64,000 nt of DNA from Candidatus Hydrogenedentales bacterium (lineage in GTDB: Bacteria > Hydrogenedentota > Hydrogenedentia > Hydrogenedentales > SLHB01), in contig JBHELB010000071.1 of NCBI GenBank assembly GCA_041859045.1, positions 19,601 through 83,600 on the forward strand, in the 5' to 3' direction. This document shows positions 38,572 to 47,277 of the stretch, in pieces. The notes under the pieces were generated by a model. That model worked only from the letters and a program-made list of their open reading frames with translations. It was not told where the DNA came from and made no database searches. The translations under genes were made by a program, and so were the position numbers. Within the stretch, counting starts at the first letter, position 1, and each line of letters starts with the position of its first letter.

Positions 38572-39744
38572 ATGCGCGGACACCCCAAGGTCGCTGTATT
38601 CGGATCGTTTCTTCCGCAAACCCAGGGCGTTTCGCTTTATTGCTCGGCATTGGCGGAAGCGCTCGCGCAACATGGCCCGGTACGCGCGGTGGGTTTTCGA
38701 AAAATGTACCCGGCCTTCTTGTTTCCCGGACAAAAAGAATCGCACGACGCGACCTATCGCCTTCCCGAAATCCCCAACCTGACGGTCTCGCACGAACTCG
38801 ACTACCGCAATCCGTGGACCTGGGTGCGGGCAGGACTGCGTGTGGATGCCGAGGTCGCTCACCTTCAGTGGTGGAGTCTGCCGCTGTTCTCCATCTTCTT
38901 CACGATTGCGCTACTCGCACGCTTGCGCGGACGTAAAATCGTGGTCACTGTGCATAACGTACAGTCACATGAAAAGGGGCGGGGCTATCGGCTTTGTACG
39001 GGCATGATCTGCGCGCTTGCCGACGCCATCGTGGTACATGGTGCGACGAACATCGAGAACTTCCGCCGCCTCTATCCCCGGGCACACCGCGTGCCCGTGT
39101 ACGAGATGCCGCATGGCGTCTTCACGGACCCGCCCGCGTTGCGCGACCGCGCCGCCGCCCGGCAAGCGATGACGCTCGCAAACGACGAGCTAAGCATTCT
39201 TTTCTTTGGGCACATTCGTCCGTACAAGGGACTCGATACGCTCCTGCATGCTTTCGCGGAATTGCGCGGCAATACGTCGGCAAAACTTATCGTCGCGGGG
39301 CAAGTATGGGACGATTGGGGGCGGTATCAGGAAATGATCGATTCGCTCCACATCGGAGACGCTGTCCAAACGCGACTGCGTTACATCCCGCAGGATGACG
39401 TGGGGGAATTGTTCGCCGCGGCGGATATTGTTGTGTTGCCCTACCACCACTTCGACGCACAAAGCGGCGTCGCGTCGTTGGCGATCGCCTACGCAAAACC
39501 GCTGCTTGTGTCGCGCGTCAACGGCCTTGAGGACTGCGTAGGGCGGCATGGGGACTGGATGATTCCCGCGGGCGACGCCCACGCGTTGGCGCTGCGCCTT
39601 CAGGCATTTGCCGCGGATCGCGTTCGGCAGGAAGCGGCGTTTGCCGCGCTGGCCGAATCGTTGCGACAGGAGCAGTCGATGGCACGCGTGGCGGAGCGCC
39701 TGAGCGGCATCTACCGCGCGCTGTGCGGCGAGGACACGGCATGA
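38572..39744 (+). CDS. GT4 (group 1) glycosyltransferase
   Basis: ILFFGHIRPYKGLDTLLHAF and the VLPYHHFDAQSGVASLAIAYAKPLLVS pattern typical of GT4. Confidence 0.8.
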   Translation: MRGHPKVAVFGSFLPQTQGVSLYCSALAEALAQHGPVRAVGFRKMYPAFLFPGQKESHDATYRLPEIPNLTVSHELDYRNPWTWVRAGLRVDAEVAHLQWWSLPLFSIFFTIALLARLRGRKIVVTVHNVQSHEKGRGYRLCTGMICALADAIVVHGATNIENFRRLYPRAHRVPVYEMPHGVFTDPPALRDRAAARQAMTLANDELSILFFGHIRPYKGLDTLLHAFAELRGNTSAKLIVAGQVWDDWGRYQEMIDSLHIGDAVQTRLRYIPQDDVGELFAAADIVVLPYHHFDAQSGVASLAIAYAKPLLVSRVNGLEDCVGRHGDWMIPAGDAHALALRLQAFAADRVRQEAAFAALAESLRQEQSMARVAERLSGIYRALCGEDTA

Positions 39745-40697
39745 ACGAGGAAACGCTGGTCTCCGTCATCATGCCCGCGTACAACGCGGAGGCGACGATC
39801 CGCGCATCGATAGAGAACGCCCTCTCGCAAACTTACTCGAACGTCGAGGTGATTGTCGCGGACGACGGCTCAGCGGATCGCACGGCGGCATTGGTGGAGG
39901 AGATTGCCGCGCGGGATACGCGGGTGCGCTTGGTGCGTCTTGCGGCGAATTCTGGACGTCCTGCGGTGGCGCGAAACCGTGCGATGGAGCAGGCGCGCGG
40001 CGCGTTCTTCGCGTTTCTCGATTCCGACGACCTGTGGGAACGCGAGAAAATCGCGCGACAGGTCGACTATCTGCATCAACACCCCGAGGCGGATGGCGTC
40101 TGCTGTTGGGTCATTCCCTTCCGTGACGGCGAGAGCACGACTCCCAATGCGTTTGTGATGCGCACAGATCCGATCTGCTCCCGCGCGGAACTTCTCACCG
40201 GCATGCCGTTTTTCACTTCGTCGCTCATGCTGCGACGACGCTGCTACGACGAATGCGGCGGGATGGACGAGGACGAGCGGTTGCGCAATGGCGAAGACGC
40301 GGAGTATTTCGTCCGCTTGCTTGCGCGGTTCACGATTCACCGCATTCCCGAAGGTTTAGCGCGCTACCGGCTGTCTTCCCGAACAAAGCCCTCGATGTCG
40401 CGCTACGAGGCCGACGACGTCAACAGCAAGGGCTGGCGATTGCAGCAAGTGCTCGAGGAGAAAGGCGTGTTGACGCCCGAGGAGTTGCGCCGCCGCCGCG
40501 CGTTTCTCTGGTACGAAACGGCGCGCTGGAATTTGCACGAGGGCCGTCCATTCCGCAGGCCGCTGTTCAAGGCTATTCTCGCGGGCTATCGACACTGGAA
40601 GGTCCTGCTGACCTGCGCGTTGTCGTTTCTGCCTGGGCCGCTGCTTTCGCGTCTCCTGACCACGTTGCAGGATGCCGCCAATCGCAGGAAGCTCTAG
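39741..40697 (+). CDS. GT2 glycosyltransferase
   Basis: Start ATG 39741 (ATGA overlap). VSVIMPAYNAEATI, VIVADDGSADRT, FLDSDD. Confidence 0.88.
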   Translation: MNEETLVSVIMPAYNAEATIRASIENALSQTYSNVEVIVADDGSADRTAALVEEIAARDTRVRLVRLAANSGRPAVARNRAMEQARGAFFAFLDSDDLWEREKIARQVDYLHQHPEADGVCCWVIPFRDGESTTPNAFVMRTDPICSRAELLTGMPFFTSSLMLRRRCYDECGGMDEDERLRNGEDAEYFVRLLARFTIHRIPEGLARYRLSSRTKPSMSRYEADDVNSKGWRLQQVLEEKGVLTPEELRRRRAFLWYETARWNLHEGRPFRRPLFKAILAGYRHWKVLLTCALSFLPGPLLSRLLTTLQDAANRRKL

Positions 40698-41536
40698 CGC
40701 ATTTCAAGGAGTGGCGCGGCCGCTTGCATCACGCTCTCCCAACGAGGCCAGGGCTCTCCGCGCACCACGCGCACGTGTGAACCGAGCGGCGCCCAGACCT
40801 CGGGGTTGGTGGGACCAAACACGGCAACAACAGGAACGCCGACCGCCGCGGCCAGATGCGTTATGCCGCTGTCGTTGCCGAAGTAGAGTTTTGCGGCGGC
40901 AAGTTCGGCCGCGAGTTGCACAAGGGACAACGCCGAAAGCGTGGTTGCCCCCGAAGGAACGCGCTGCCCTTCCTCGGCGGGCCCCAGAGACCACACAACC
41001 CGGCGTCCGTGGGTCGTTAAGTCTTCGGCCAAGTGCGCGAACGAGGACAACGGCCAGTTCTTGAGTCGGCCTCCGCTACCGGGGTGGATGACGACGTCGT
41101 TAGTCGATTGGGCGGGGGCGATACAGAGCCGCGTAGGTTCCGGCGCACGGCCATATCCCAAGCATTCGAGGTAGTAGGCGCTGGCGTGACGTCCGGCGGC
41201 GCCTTGAGGCAGGCCGGAAAAGGCGCGCACATCCTTCACCCCGCAGGCGTGGAGCGTTTCAACAAGCGTCCCATCGTCGCGAATCCAAAGCACAATGCGG
41301 TCGAATCGTTGGATAAATGCATGGAGACGTGGTGTCGGACTGGAGAAGATCGATTCAAAATCCACCGATTCGAGAGAATGGGCATCCGTGGCAATGCCGG
41401 ACGCGGTGAGCAGTTCGAGGCGCTCGCACCGGCCTGCCAGCTCGACCGGACCCTCCTGGGCAAGCCGCGCGATCGCCGGGGTGGTGAGCAACAGGTCGCC
41501 GATCCCGCCAAGATGAACCACCAGCGTGTGCGTCAA
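40694..41536 (-). CDS. GT9 glycosyltransferase (heptosyltransferase family)
   Basis: GNDSGITHLAAAVGVPVVAVFGPTNPEVWAP is the GT9 C-terminal signature. TTG start overlaps the stop of the upstream gene. It converges on, and overlaps by 4 nt, the GT2 gene. Confidence 0.8.
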   Translation of the reverse strand: MTHTLVVHLGGIGDLLLTTPAIARLAQEGPVELAGRCERLELLTASGIATDAHSLESVDFESIFSSPTPRLHAFIQRFDRIVLWIRDDGTLVETLHACGVKDVRAFSGLPQGAAGRHASAYYLECLGYGRAPEPTRLCIAPAQSTNDVVIHPGSGGRLKNWPLSSFAHLAEDLTTHGRRVVWSLGPAEEGQRVPSGATTLSALSLVQLAAELAAAKLYFGNDSGITHLAAAVGVPVVAVFGPTNPEVWAPLGSHVRVVRGEPWPRWESVMQAAAPLLEMR

Positions 41537-43005
41537 GGTGCGGCGATCTCGTAGATCACGACTTTGCCTCCGGCGTACGGCGACAGATCGTCGCGCAGAA
41601 GCTTCAAGGAAGAAGGCGCGGTCTGCGGGTCGAGCAACGACGTGAACGCGGGAATGAGCGAAGCCGTGTAGCGTTCATCCACGACGACATAGCGCGCGCC
41701 CGCGGCGTGGGCGTCGCTGACAATGCGCTCGAGCGAAAGCGCGGGGTCGGGCCCGAGGGTCGGCATGTCCGCGTAATAGCCGATCTGCGGTTTGCGCGTG
41801 ACAATCGGCGCAGCGGCCAGATGCTCGCGCATCCAGAGTCCTGCAATCTTGTATTCGCGCGGCTCCGAGGGCAACCGGCCCAGATACGCGGGCCCTGTGG
41901 CGTAGAGCAGGCCGTAGACCATGAGTCCTGCGTTGAGCGCGAGCGGTAGCGGACGCAGCCAGCGACCGGAAGGCAGCGCAGCGGCTTGCGCGGCGACGAG
42001 CACGATGCCGCGCGCGGACCAGAGCGCGATCGCAATGATAGGGGCCATGAGGTAGCGCGGTTCAGGGAAGCCGCTCAGGACAGCCAGTGCCCATTGCACC
42101 AGACAGAAGTAAAGCACGAGCAATTCGAAGCGCAAATCGCGAGGGGCGTCGCCGCGCATGAAAAGACCGCAGCCCGCGAACATCAGCAGGAACGGCCCGA
42201 GCATGACGGGGATGACGTGGCTCAGCGTTGTGTTGAAGGTGCGCGCGAGCAGCGCCGTACGTTCGAAGAGCAATGAGCCGAGCGCGGCCACGGGGTTGGG
42301 CACGCGTTCGCTCAGCGCCGCGGAGCCTGTCATGTACTTCTGGAATAGCAGGTAGAACGCCAACGCCAGCGCGATACCCAGCACGGCGATAGCGATACGG
42401 CGACCGGCGCGCGCGTCTGCGCGTAAGAACAGCAGCGCGCCCACGGGGGCGGACAGGGTGAGAAAGGGCCCTTCGGGGCGCACGAGGCACAACCCCAAAA
42501 ACGCTGCGGGAACGCAAGCGTACCAGAAGCCGCCGTCGCGCAGTGCGCGGCCCAACGCGTAGACCGCCGCAAACCAGAGGAGGCACGCGCAGGCCTCCGG
42601 CGCGACGCGACTGGCGTAGTCGATAAGCCAGGGCCAAAGGACCGCGAGGATCGCCACGATGCGGGCGGCGGCGCGGCCATGAAGCCGTAACGCGAGTAGG
42701 TAGAGGAGTCCGACAAGCAGCGGCCCGGCCATGAGCGACACGGCGCGCAGCGCCCACTCAACGTCGGGAAAAAGGGGACTCAGCAGCGCGCCCAGCGCCG
42801 GGTACAACGGTGGAATGCGATCGCCGAGAGTGCCGAAATCACCCTGCGCATACCGCCCAGCCAACTCCGCGTAATGCACGGCATCCGCCGTGTCGAGTAC
42901 GCGCTGCATGATAAGCGCAAACCCCACGCGCAACGCCGCCGCGCCCGCGACAAAGCCGAGGCATTCGATGGCGGCATTCCGGCGATTGACGTGGTCTACG
43001 CCCAA
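41533..43005 (-). CDS. GT-C fold membrane glycosyltransferase (ArnT/PMT-like), paralog 4
   Basis: More than 10 TM helices. TM1 is followed by VLDTADAVHYAELAGRYAQGDF. The soluble C-terminal ~100 aa is similar in architecture to the other paralogs. The TTG start is uncertain. Confidence 0.6.
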   Translation of the reverse strand: MGVDHVNRRNAAIECLGFVAGAAALRVGFALIMQRVLDTADAVHYAELAGRYAQGDFGTLGDRIPPLYPALGALLSPLFPDVEWALRAVSLMAGPLLVGLLYLLALRLHGRAAARIVAILAVLWPWLIDYASRVAPEACACLLWFAAVYALGRALRDGGFWYACVPAAFLGLCLVRPEGPFLTLSAPVGALLFLRADARAGRRIAIAVLGIALALAFYLLFQKYMTGSAALSERVPNPVAALGSLLFERTALLARTFNTTLSHVIPVMLGPFLLMFAGCGLFMRGDAPRDLRFELLVLYFCLVQWALAVLSGFPEPRYLMAPIIAIALWSARGIVLVAAQAAALPSGRWLRPLPLALNAGLMVYGLLYATGPAYLGRLPSEPREYKIAGLWMREHLAAAPIVTRKPQIGYYADMPTLGPDPALSLERIVSDAHAAGARYVVVDERYTASLIPAFTSLLDPQTAPSSLKLLRDDLSPYAGGKVVIYEIAAP

Positions 43006-43021
43006 GAATCGTTCTCCCGGC

Positions 43022-43861
43022 TCAGCAGAACTGCTCGAGGTATGCCGCCCCGCGCAGGAAGCCCTCCTCGCGGGTCTGCGTGCCGTCTTCGTGCTCGATG
43101 CTCAAGACGCCGTCGTAACCGTTTTGGCGCAAGTGCGAGACGTACTCGCCCCAGGCGATATTGCCGAACCCGGGGATGACATAGCGCCACCACCCGCCGG
43201 CATACACACCCACGTGCGCGCGCTTGGCGCGATCGATGAGGCAGTCCTTGGCATGGGTGTGGAAAATGCGCGGACCGAACATGGAAACCGGCACAAGGTA
43301 ATCGCAGCCCTGATGCATGAGGTGTGAGGGATCGTAGTTGAGACCGAAATGCGCATCCGGAATCGCCTCGAACATGCACTCGAAGGTGTCGAGGCCTTGA
43401 AGGCAGGTGGCGAACCAGTTTTCGAGCGCAATGTTGACCTTCTTCTTCGCGGCATGCGCAAGAACCGGACGAAAGGCCTTCGGCAGTATCTTGCGAATCG
43501 TGTCGATTTTGCTCATGCCCTCGGCGGGAAAACCGGCCAGCATGCAGACCGTCGGCACGCCCAGCATCGCTGCGGCGTCGATGGTTTTCTTTGCGTGCGC
43601 TTGCACCGCACTCGCATGTTTCGGGTGCGTGATTCCCGCGTCGTAATAGGCGAGCGAGGTAATCTGAAGCCCATGTTTTTCGACGGCGGCGCGCAGGTCT
43701 TTGGCGACGGCGGCGGTAAGGGTCGCGGGATCGACGTGTTTGCTGCCGGGATGCGCGGCGACCTCGAGGCACGGAATCGCGGCCCCTTCCGCAAAACGCA
43801 GCACGGCGTCGAAATCCACATTTCCAAACGGTGATGTAAGCATCCCTACTTGCATGGTCAA
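43022..43861 (-). CDS. Sugar phosphate isomerase/epimerase (xylose-isomerase-like TIM barrel)
   Basis: 279 aa with the typical pattern of this fold family (...IALENW..., ...HTHAKD..., SIEHED). Confidence 0.7.
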   Translation of the reverse strand: MTMQVGMLTSPFGNVDFDAVLRFAEGAAIPCLEVAAHPGSKHVDPATLTAAVAKDLRAAVEKHGLQITSLAYYDAGITHPKHASAVQAHAKKTIDAAAMLGVPTVCMLAGFPAEGMSKIDTIRKILPKAFRPVLAHAAKKKVNIALENWFATCLQGLDTFECMFEAIPDAHFGLNYDPSHLMHQGCDYLVPVSMFGPRIFHTHAKDCLIDRAKRAHVGVYAGGWWRYVIPGFGNIAWGEYVSHLRQNGYDGVLSIEHEDGTQTREEGFLRGAAYLEQFC

Positions 43862-43874
43862 TTCCCCCCGGCCT

Positions 43875-44825
43875 TTAGGCCATCTTCAGTACGATTTTGA
43901 GCGCGCCCGGCTCGTCGGCGTGGGCCAATGCCTGCACGCCATCCGACAACGCGTAGGTCTCGGTAATTAACGGGCGGACTTCAACATTCCCCAACGCCAG
44001 CGCCTCGAGCGCCGGGCGGAACGGACCGCACCGCGAGCCGATAATACGAATCTCATTGATGACGGGCAGATTGAAATCGACATTGCCCGTGTCGGCCAGC
44101 GTGCTCTTCAGCACGATGGTGCCTTCCGGGCGCACGAGTTCCATCGCACGCTGGAATCCCGAAGCGGATCCCGTCGCCTCGACCACCACATCCGCGCCCG
44201 TGTCCAGCATATCGGCGTCGAGCGCCGTGGCGATGCGCAGATGTTCAAGCAAGCCCAACTTCTCCGGGTGATGCCCGATGCAGACCAGGTTCTTGCTGCG
44301 CAACCATAGCACCTGCGCGATGAGCTGGGCCAGTTTGCCGTCGCCTAGCACCAACACCCGATCGTCGGGCGAGATATTGACCTGCTCCAGAATGCGGAAC
44401 GCGGCTGCGACTGGTTCCGTGAACACAGCAACATCGTCGCGGATGTTGTTGGGCACGAGGTGGAGGTTCTCCTCAGGCAACGTGAGGTATTCGGCGAAGG
44501 CCCCATCGCGTCCCAGGATGCCCAGCACGGTGCGCTGGGTGCAATGGCGCTTCATTTCGAGCTGGCAATAGCGGCAACTGCCACAGGCGCAGTTGATCTC
44601 GCCGACCACGCGGCGGCCCACGAGGTGGGCGTTCGTGGCATGCTCGACGATGCCGACGAATTCATGACCGAGAATGCCGCGAAAGCCCATGTAGCCGCGG
44701 ACGATCTCGAGATCGGTGTTGCATACGCCCGCCGCGAGCACGCGCACCAACGCCTCGCCCTTGGCGGGCGTGGGCATGGGGCGTTCGACGAGGCGCGGTT
44801 GGTCGTCAAAAACCAGCGCAAGCAT
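43875..44825 (-). CDS. Zinc-dependent medium-chain dehydrogenase/reductase (sorbitol/threonine-dehydrogenase-like)
   Basis: GVCNTDLEIVRG, GHEFVGIV, structural-zinc motif CGSCRYCQLEMKRHC, and VLVLGDGKLAQL Rossmann motif. Confidence 0.85.
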   Translation of the reverse strand: MLALVFDDQPRLVERPMPTPAKGEALVRVLAAGVCNTDLEIVRGYMGFRGILGHEFVGIVEHATNAHLVGRRVVGEINCACGSCRYCQLEMKRHCTQRTVLGILGRDGAFAEYLTLPEENLHLVPNNIRDDVAVFTEPVAAAFRILEQVNISPDDRVLVLGDGKLAQLIAQVLWLRSKNLVCIGHHPEKLGLLEHLRIATALDADMLDTGADVVVEATGSASGFQRAMELVRPEGTIVLKSTLADTGNVDFNLPVINEIRIIGSRCGPFRPALEALALGNVEVRPLITETYALSDGVQALAHADEPGALKIVLKMA

Positions 44826-44855
44826 GACGGTCCTCCCTGAGCGTACGGTGCGGCA

Positions 44856-47111
44856 TCACGTCGCCGCGCGGATCTGGGCGAGCAGTTCCAGGGCTTTCTT
44901 GATCAGGGCATCGCCCTGCGACGCGAGTTCCGCGCCGCGCCCCTGACGTAGTTCGAGGCGCAGATGCGTCAGTTCGCGCGCCAACGGCAGCACAGACAAC
45001 CCAAACTCGTGCGCGCGGTCCACTTTGCCGCGCATCATCATGCGACACAGCGCGCCATCGCACGCGCAGATCGCCGCCTGCACCTCCGAGATGCGGCTGC
45101 GCGGTTCCGCCAGCGCGGGTGTTTCATAAAGAAGGTCCACGAGCTTGTCCACGGCGGTGTCCATGAGGCACAGATCGCTGAGAGGATCGGCCCCGCGTTC
45201 CGCGCGGCGCGCAAGGTCGTCGATAAACGAAGTGCTCAACCCGTACGAATGCGCAAAGCGCAGGTTGAAGTTCAGCATTTGGCGGCCGCTTTGGATCATG
45301 ATTCGCGCGATCTCGTCGCGCCACAGCGCGCAGGTGTCCGCCGGAGCGACGAGAATCGCTCGGGCTTGCCCCGGAAACATCTCCAAATGCCGTTCGAGAT
45401 TCATCGGAATCCAGGTTTTCACTTGGATGAAGTCCGACAAGTCGTAGACTTCGAGACCGTGCAGCGCTTCCGCCGGAATCGTGATGTTGATCGAGGCCGG
45501 GCCCCGGGTGTCGTTGTTGATCAGGATGTACAGATCGTAGTCGAGCCCGCGCATGCGGAACGCGCTGATCGCCTGGACGCCTTCCGGCAACTGGGTGTGC
45601 TCGCTGGTCTGCAAGCTGCTGATGTACCAGTTGTCGGGCAGTTGTTCGGGAATCGCGTTCAGAAACAGCGGCGCGAGGGCGTTGAGGCGCTCGATGCGTT
45701 TGTCCAGTTCGAGCCAGAGATCGCTGAAGGCCAGAAACGGTCCCGTCAACGAACGCTGAAGCGAACCCGAGACCCAAATCGGATCGTTGTGATACGCATA
45801 GGTGAACCAGCCCCGGGCGCCGCCCGCGATAGCGAGGTTCGCCATGAGGCGCATCTCCGCGCAGCCGTTCCAGTCCGGCCAGCCGGTGGCGTGGATAAAG
45901 CCCGGCGCGACCACCCACATCTGCTGTCCCTTGCAGAGCGCCGCATGCGTGCGGGCCATCTCGCCAAACTCGTGCGGGCCGTGTGAAAGATAGTGGCTCG
46001 TTCCGGACGCGGCGAAGTGCGGCGCGAAATGCGCGTACGGTCCGGGATGCCCCGCAAACACCGCCACCGGGTGTTTGCGATCGGCCTGCTCGATCAGCGT
46101 CTTGGCGCGCAGGAGATCGTCGAGATCGGCCGGGTCCGGAGATGCCGACAGGCACCACCCCAACACGCTGCTGGAATTGGCGTAGGGTGTGATCCGTTCC
46201 TCGATGAATTCCGTCATTCCCGCCAGATCGGGCGAATTGGGGAAATCGTATATGGGCAAGACGCGCAACCCGGTGCGCTGTGCCCAGTCGAGCATTTCCT
46301 CCCACTCGGCCGGCGACATCCGATCACCGCTTTCCAGCGCAACACAGTTATGGTGATAGCGCACCATATCCGTGAACGCCAGTTCCCAATATTCGCTCGA
46401 CCGGATGCCCAGCATCTCGGTCATGCGCCGGGCCGTCTCCGCGTTCATCACCGTGCCCAGCGGCATGAAATCCTCGAGCACTTGATAGCGGGGCGGCTTG
46501 GCCGATTCCCACAGGATGCGGTCCGCGTGTTGTATCGCCTGCGCCTCGGAAGGCGTCATGACGCGGAAGCGGATCGATTGCACCTCCATGGACTCCGTCG
46601 AGCGCGCGGAGGAATAGAGGCGCAACACGACGGCGTCGATCTGCGTTGGAAAGCCCATGTGCGACACATGCTGCGCCACGGTCATCTGTCTGCGCGCGCG
46701 CGGCAGGTGATTGAGATAATATCCCGTCGGATAGACCCACACCCACGCGGGATGCGCGTTAGGCGTGTTGCACAGGTATGTGATCTCGGCGATGGGATAC
46801 TTCGTGACATCGATGGGAAACGGGCCTGACTTGACGCCGATCGATCCTAAAGGCGCCCAAAATTGCGGGTCATCCGGACTCAAGGAATCCATTTGCCGGA
46901 GATCGTCGAAGCGGCCCTGGATGCGGATGCCGCCCGGCGTGACCGTGTGCGACGTGGGGATTTTGTCCCACTCGTGTTCCTTGCGCATGTCGCGCGCCGT
47001 CCACTCGCGCAGGTCCGCCGCCGAAAACACGACCGACTCCAGCCCATCGCGCTCGGCGGGATCCGGAGACGGCAACAATCGCTTCAACACGCCGGCATAT
47101 TCGTAGCTCAT
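44856..47111 (-). CDS. Large cytoplasmic protein of unknown function (751 aa)
   Basis: Clean coding composition (W/Y/H/F-rich) and a GGTGGA RBS. It is the first gene of the minus-strand operon ending in GT-C and GT9. I recognise no catalytic motif; a central region might be a glycosidase-like barrel, but that is a guess. Confidence 0.5.
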   Translation of the reverse strand: MSYEYAGVLKRLLPSPDPAERDGLESVVFSAADLREWTARDMRKEHEWDKIPTSHTVTPGGIRIQGRFDDLRQMDSLSPDDPQFWAPLGSIGVKSGPFPIDVTKYPIAEITYLCNTPNAHPAWVWVYPTGYYLNHLPRARRQMTVAQHVSHMGFPTQIDAVVLRLYSSARSTESMEVQSIRFRVMTPSEAQAIQHADRILWESAKPPRYQVLEDFMPLGTVMNAETARRMTEMLGIRSSEYWELAFTDMVRYHHNCVALESGDRMSPAEWEEMLDWAQRTGLRVLPIYDFPNSPDLAGMTEFIEERITPYANSSSVLGWCLSASPDPADLDDLLRAKTLIEQADRKHPVAVFAGHPGPYAHFAPHFAASGTSHYLSHGPHEFGEMARTHAALCKGQQMWVVAPGFIHATGWPDWNGCAEMRLMANLAIAGGARGWFTYAYHNDPIWVSGSLQRSLTGPFLAFSDLWLELDKRIERLNALAPLFLNAIPEQLPDNWYISSLQTSEHTQLPEGVQAISAFRMRGLDYDLYILINNDTRGPASINITIPAEALHGLEVYDLSDFIQVKTWIPMNLERHLEMFPGQARAILVAPADTCALWRDEIARIMIQSGRQMLNFNLRFAHSYGLSTSFIDDLARRAERGADPLSDLCLMDTAVDKLVDLLYETPALAEPRSRISEVQAAICACDGALCRMMMRGKVDRAHEFGLSVLPLARELTHLRLELRQGRGAELASQGDALIKKALELLAQIRAAT

Positions 47112-47277
47112 TGAGATTCCACCCTGTCCAAGTTCCGGACCGCGCTAGTGTACACCCCGCCTTGGAGCGCCGCAAACCTCGATGCGGCTTTGTCGGCCGA
47201 TGAATTGACCCAATACATTGCGCCGGGCTACCATCAGGCCGCGCCGAGACGCTATGGTCTGGCGTGAAGGAGCGCTG

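Noticed and set aside
36796-38862. 314-aa and 324-aa minus-strand ORFs; likewise 8167-8829, 9499-10380, 11989-12747, 12759-13571, 25741-26733, 32248-33249, 45124-46305, 44964-46829, 50318-51808
   Set aside because: All overlap better-supported genes on the other strand or in another frame. All have the Arg/Gly/His-rich composition typical of non-coding frames in high-G+C DNA.
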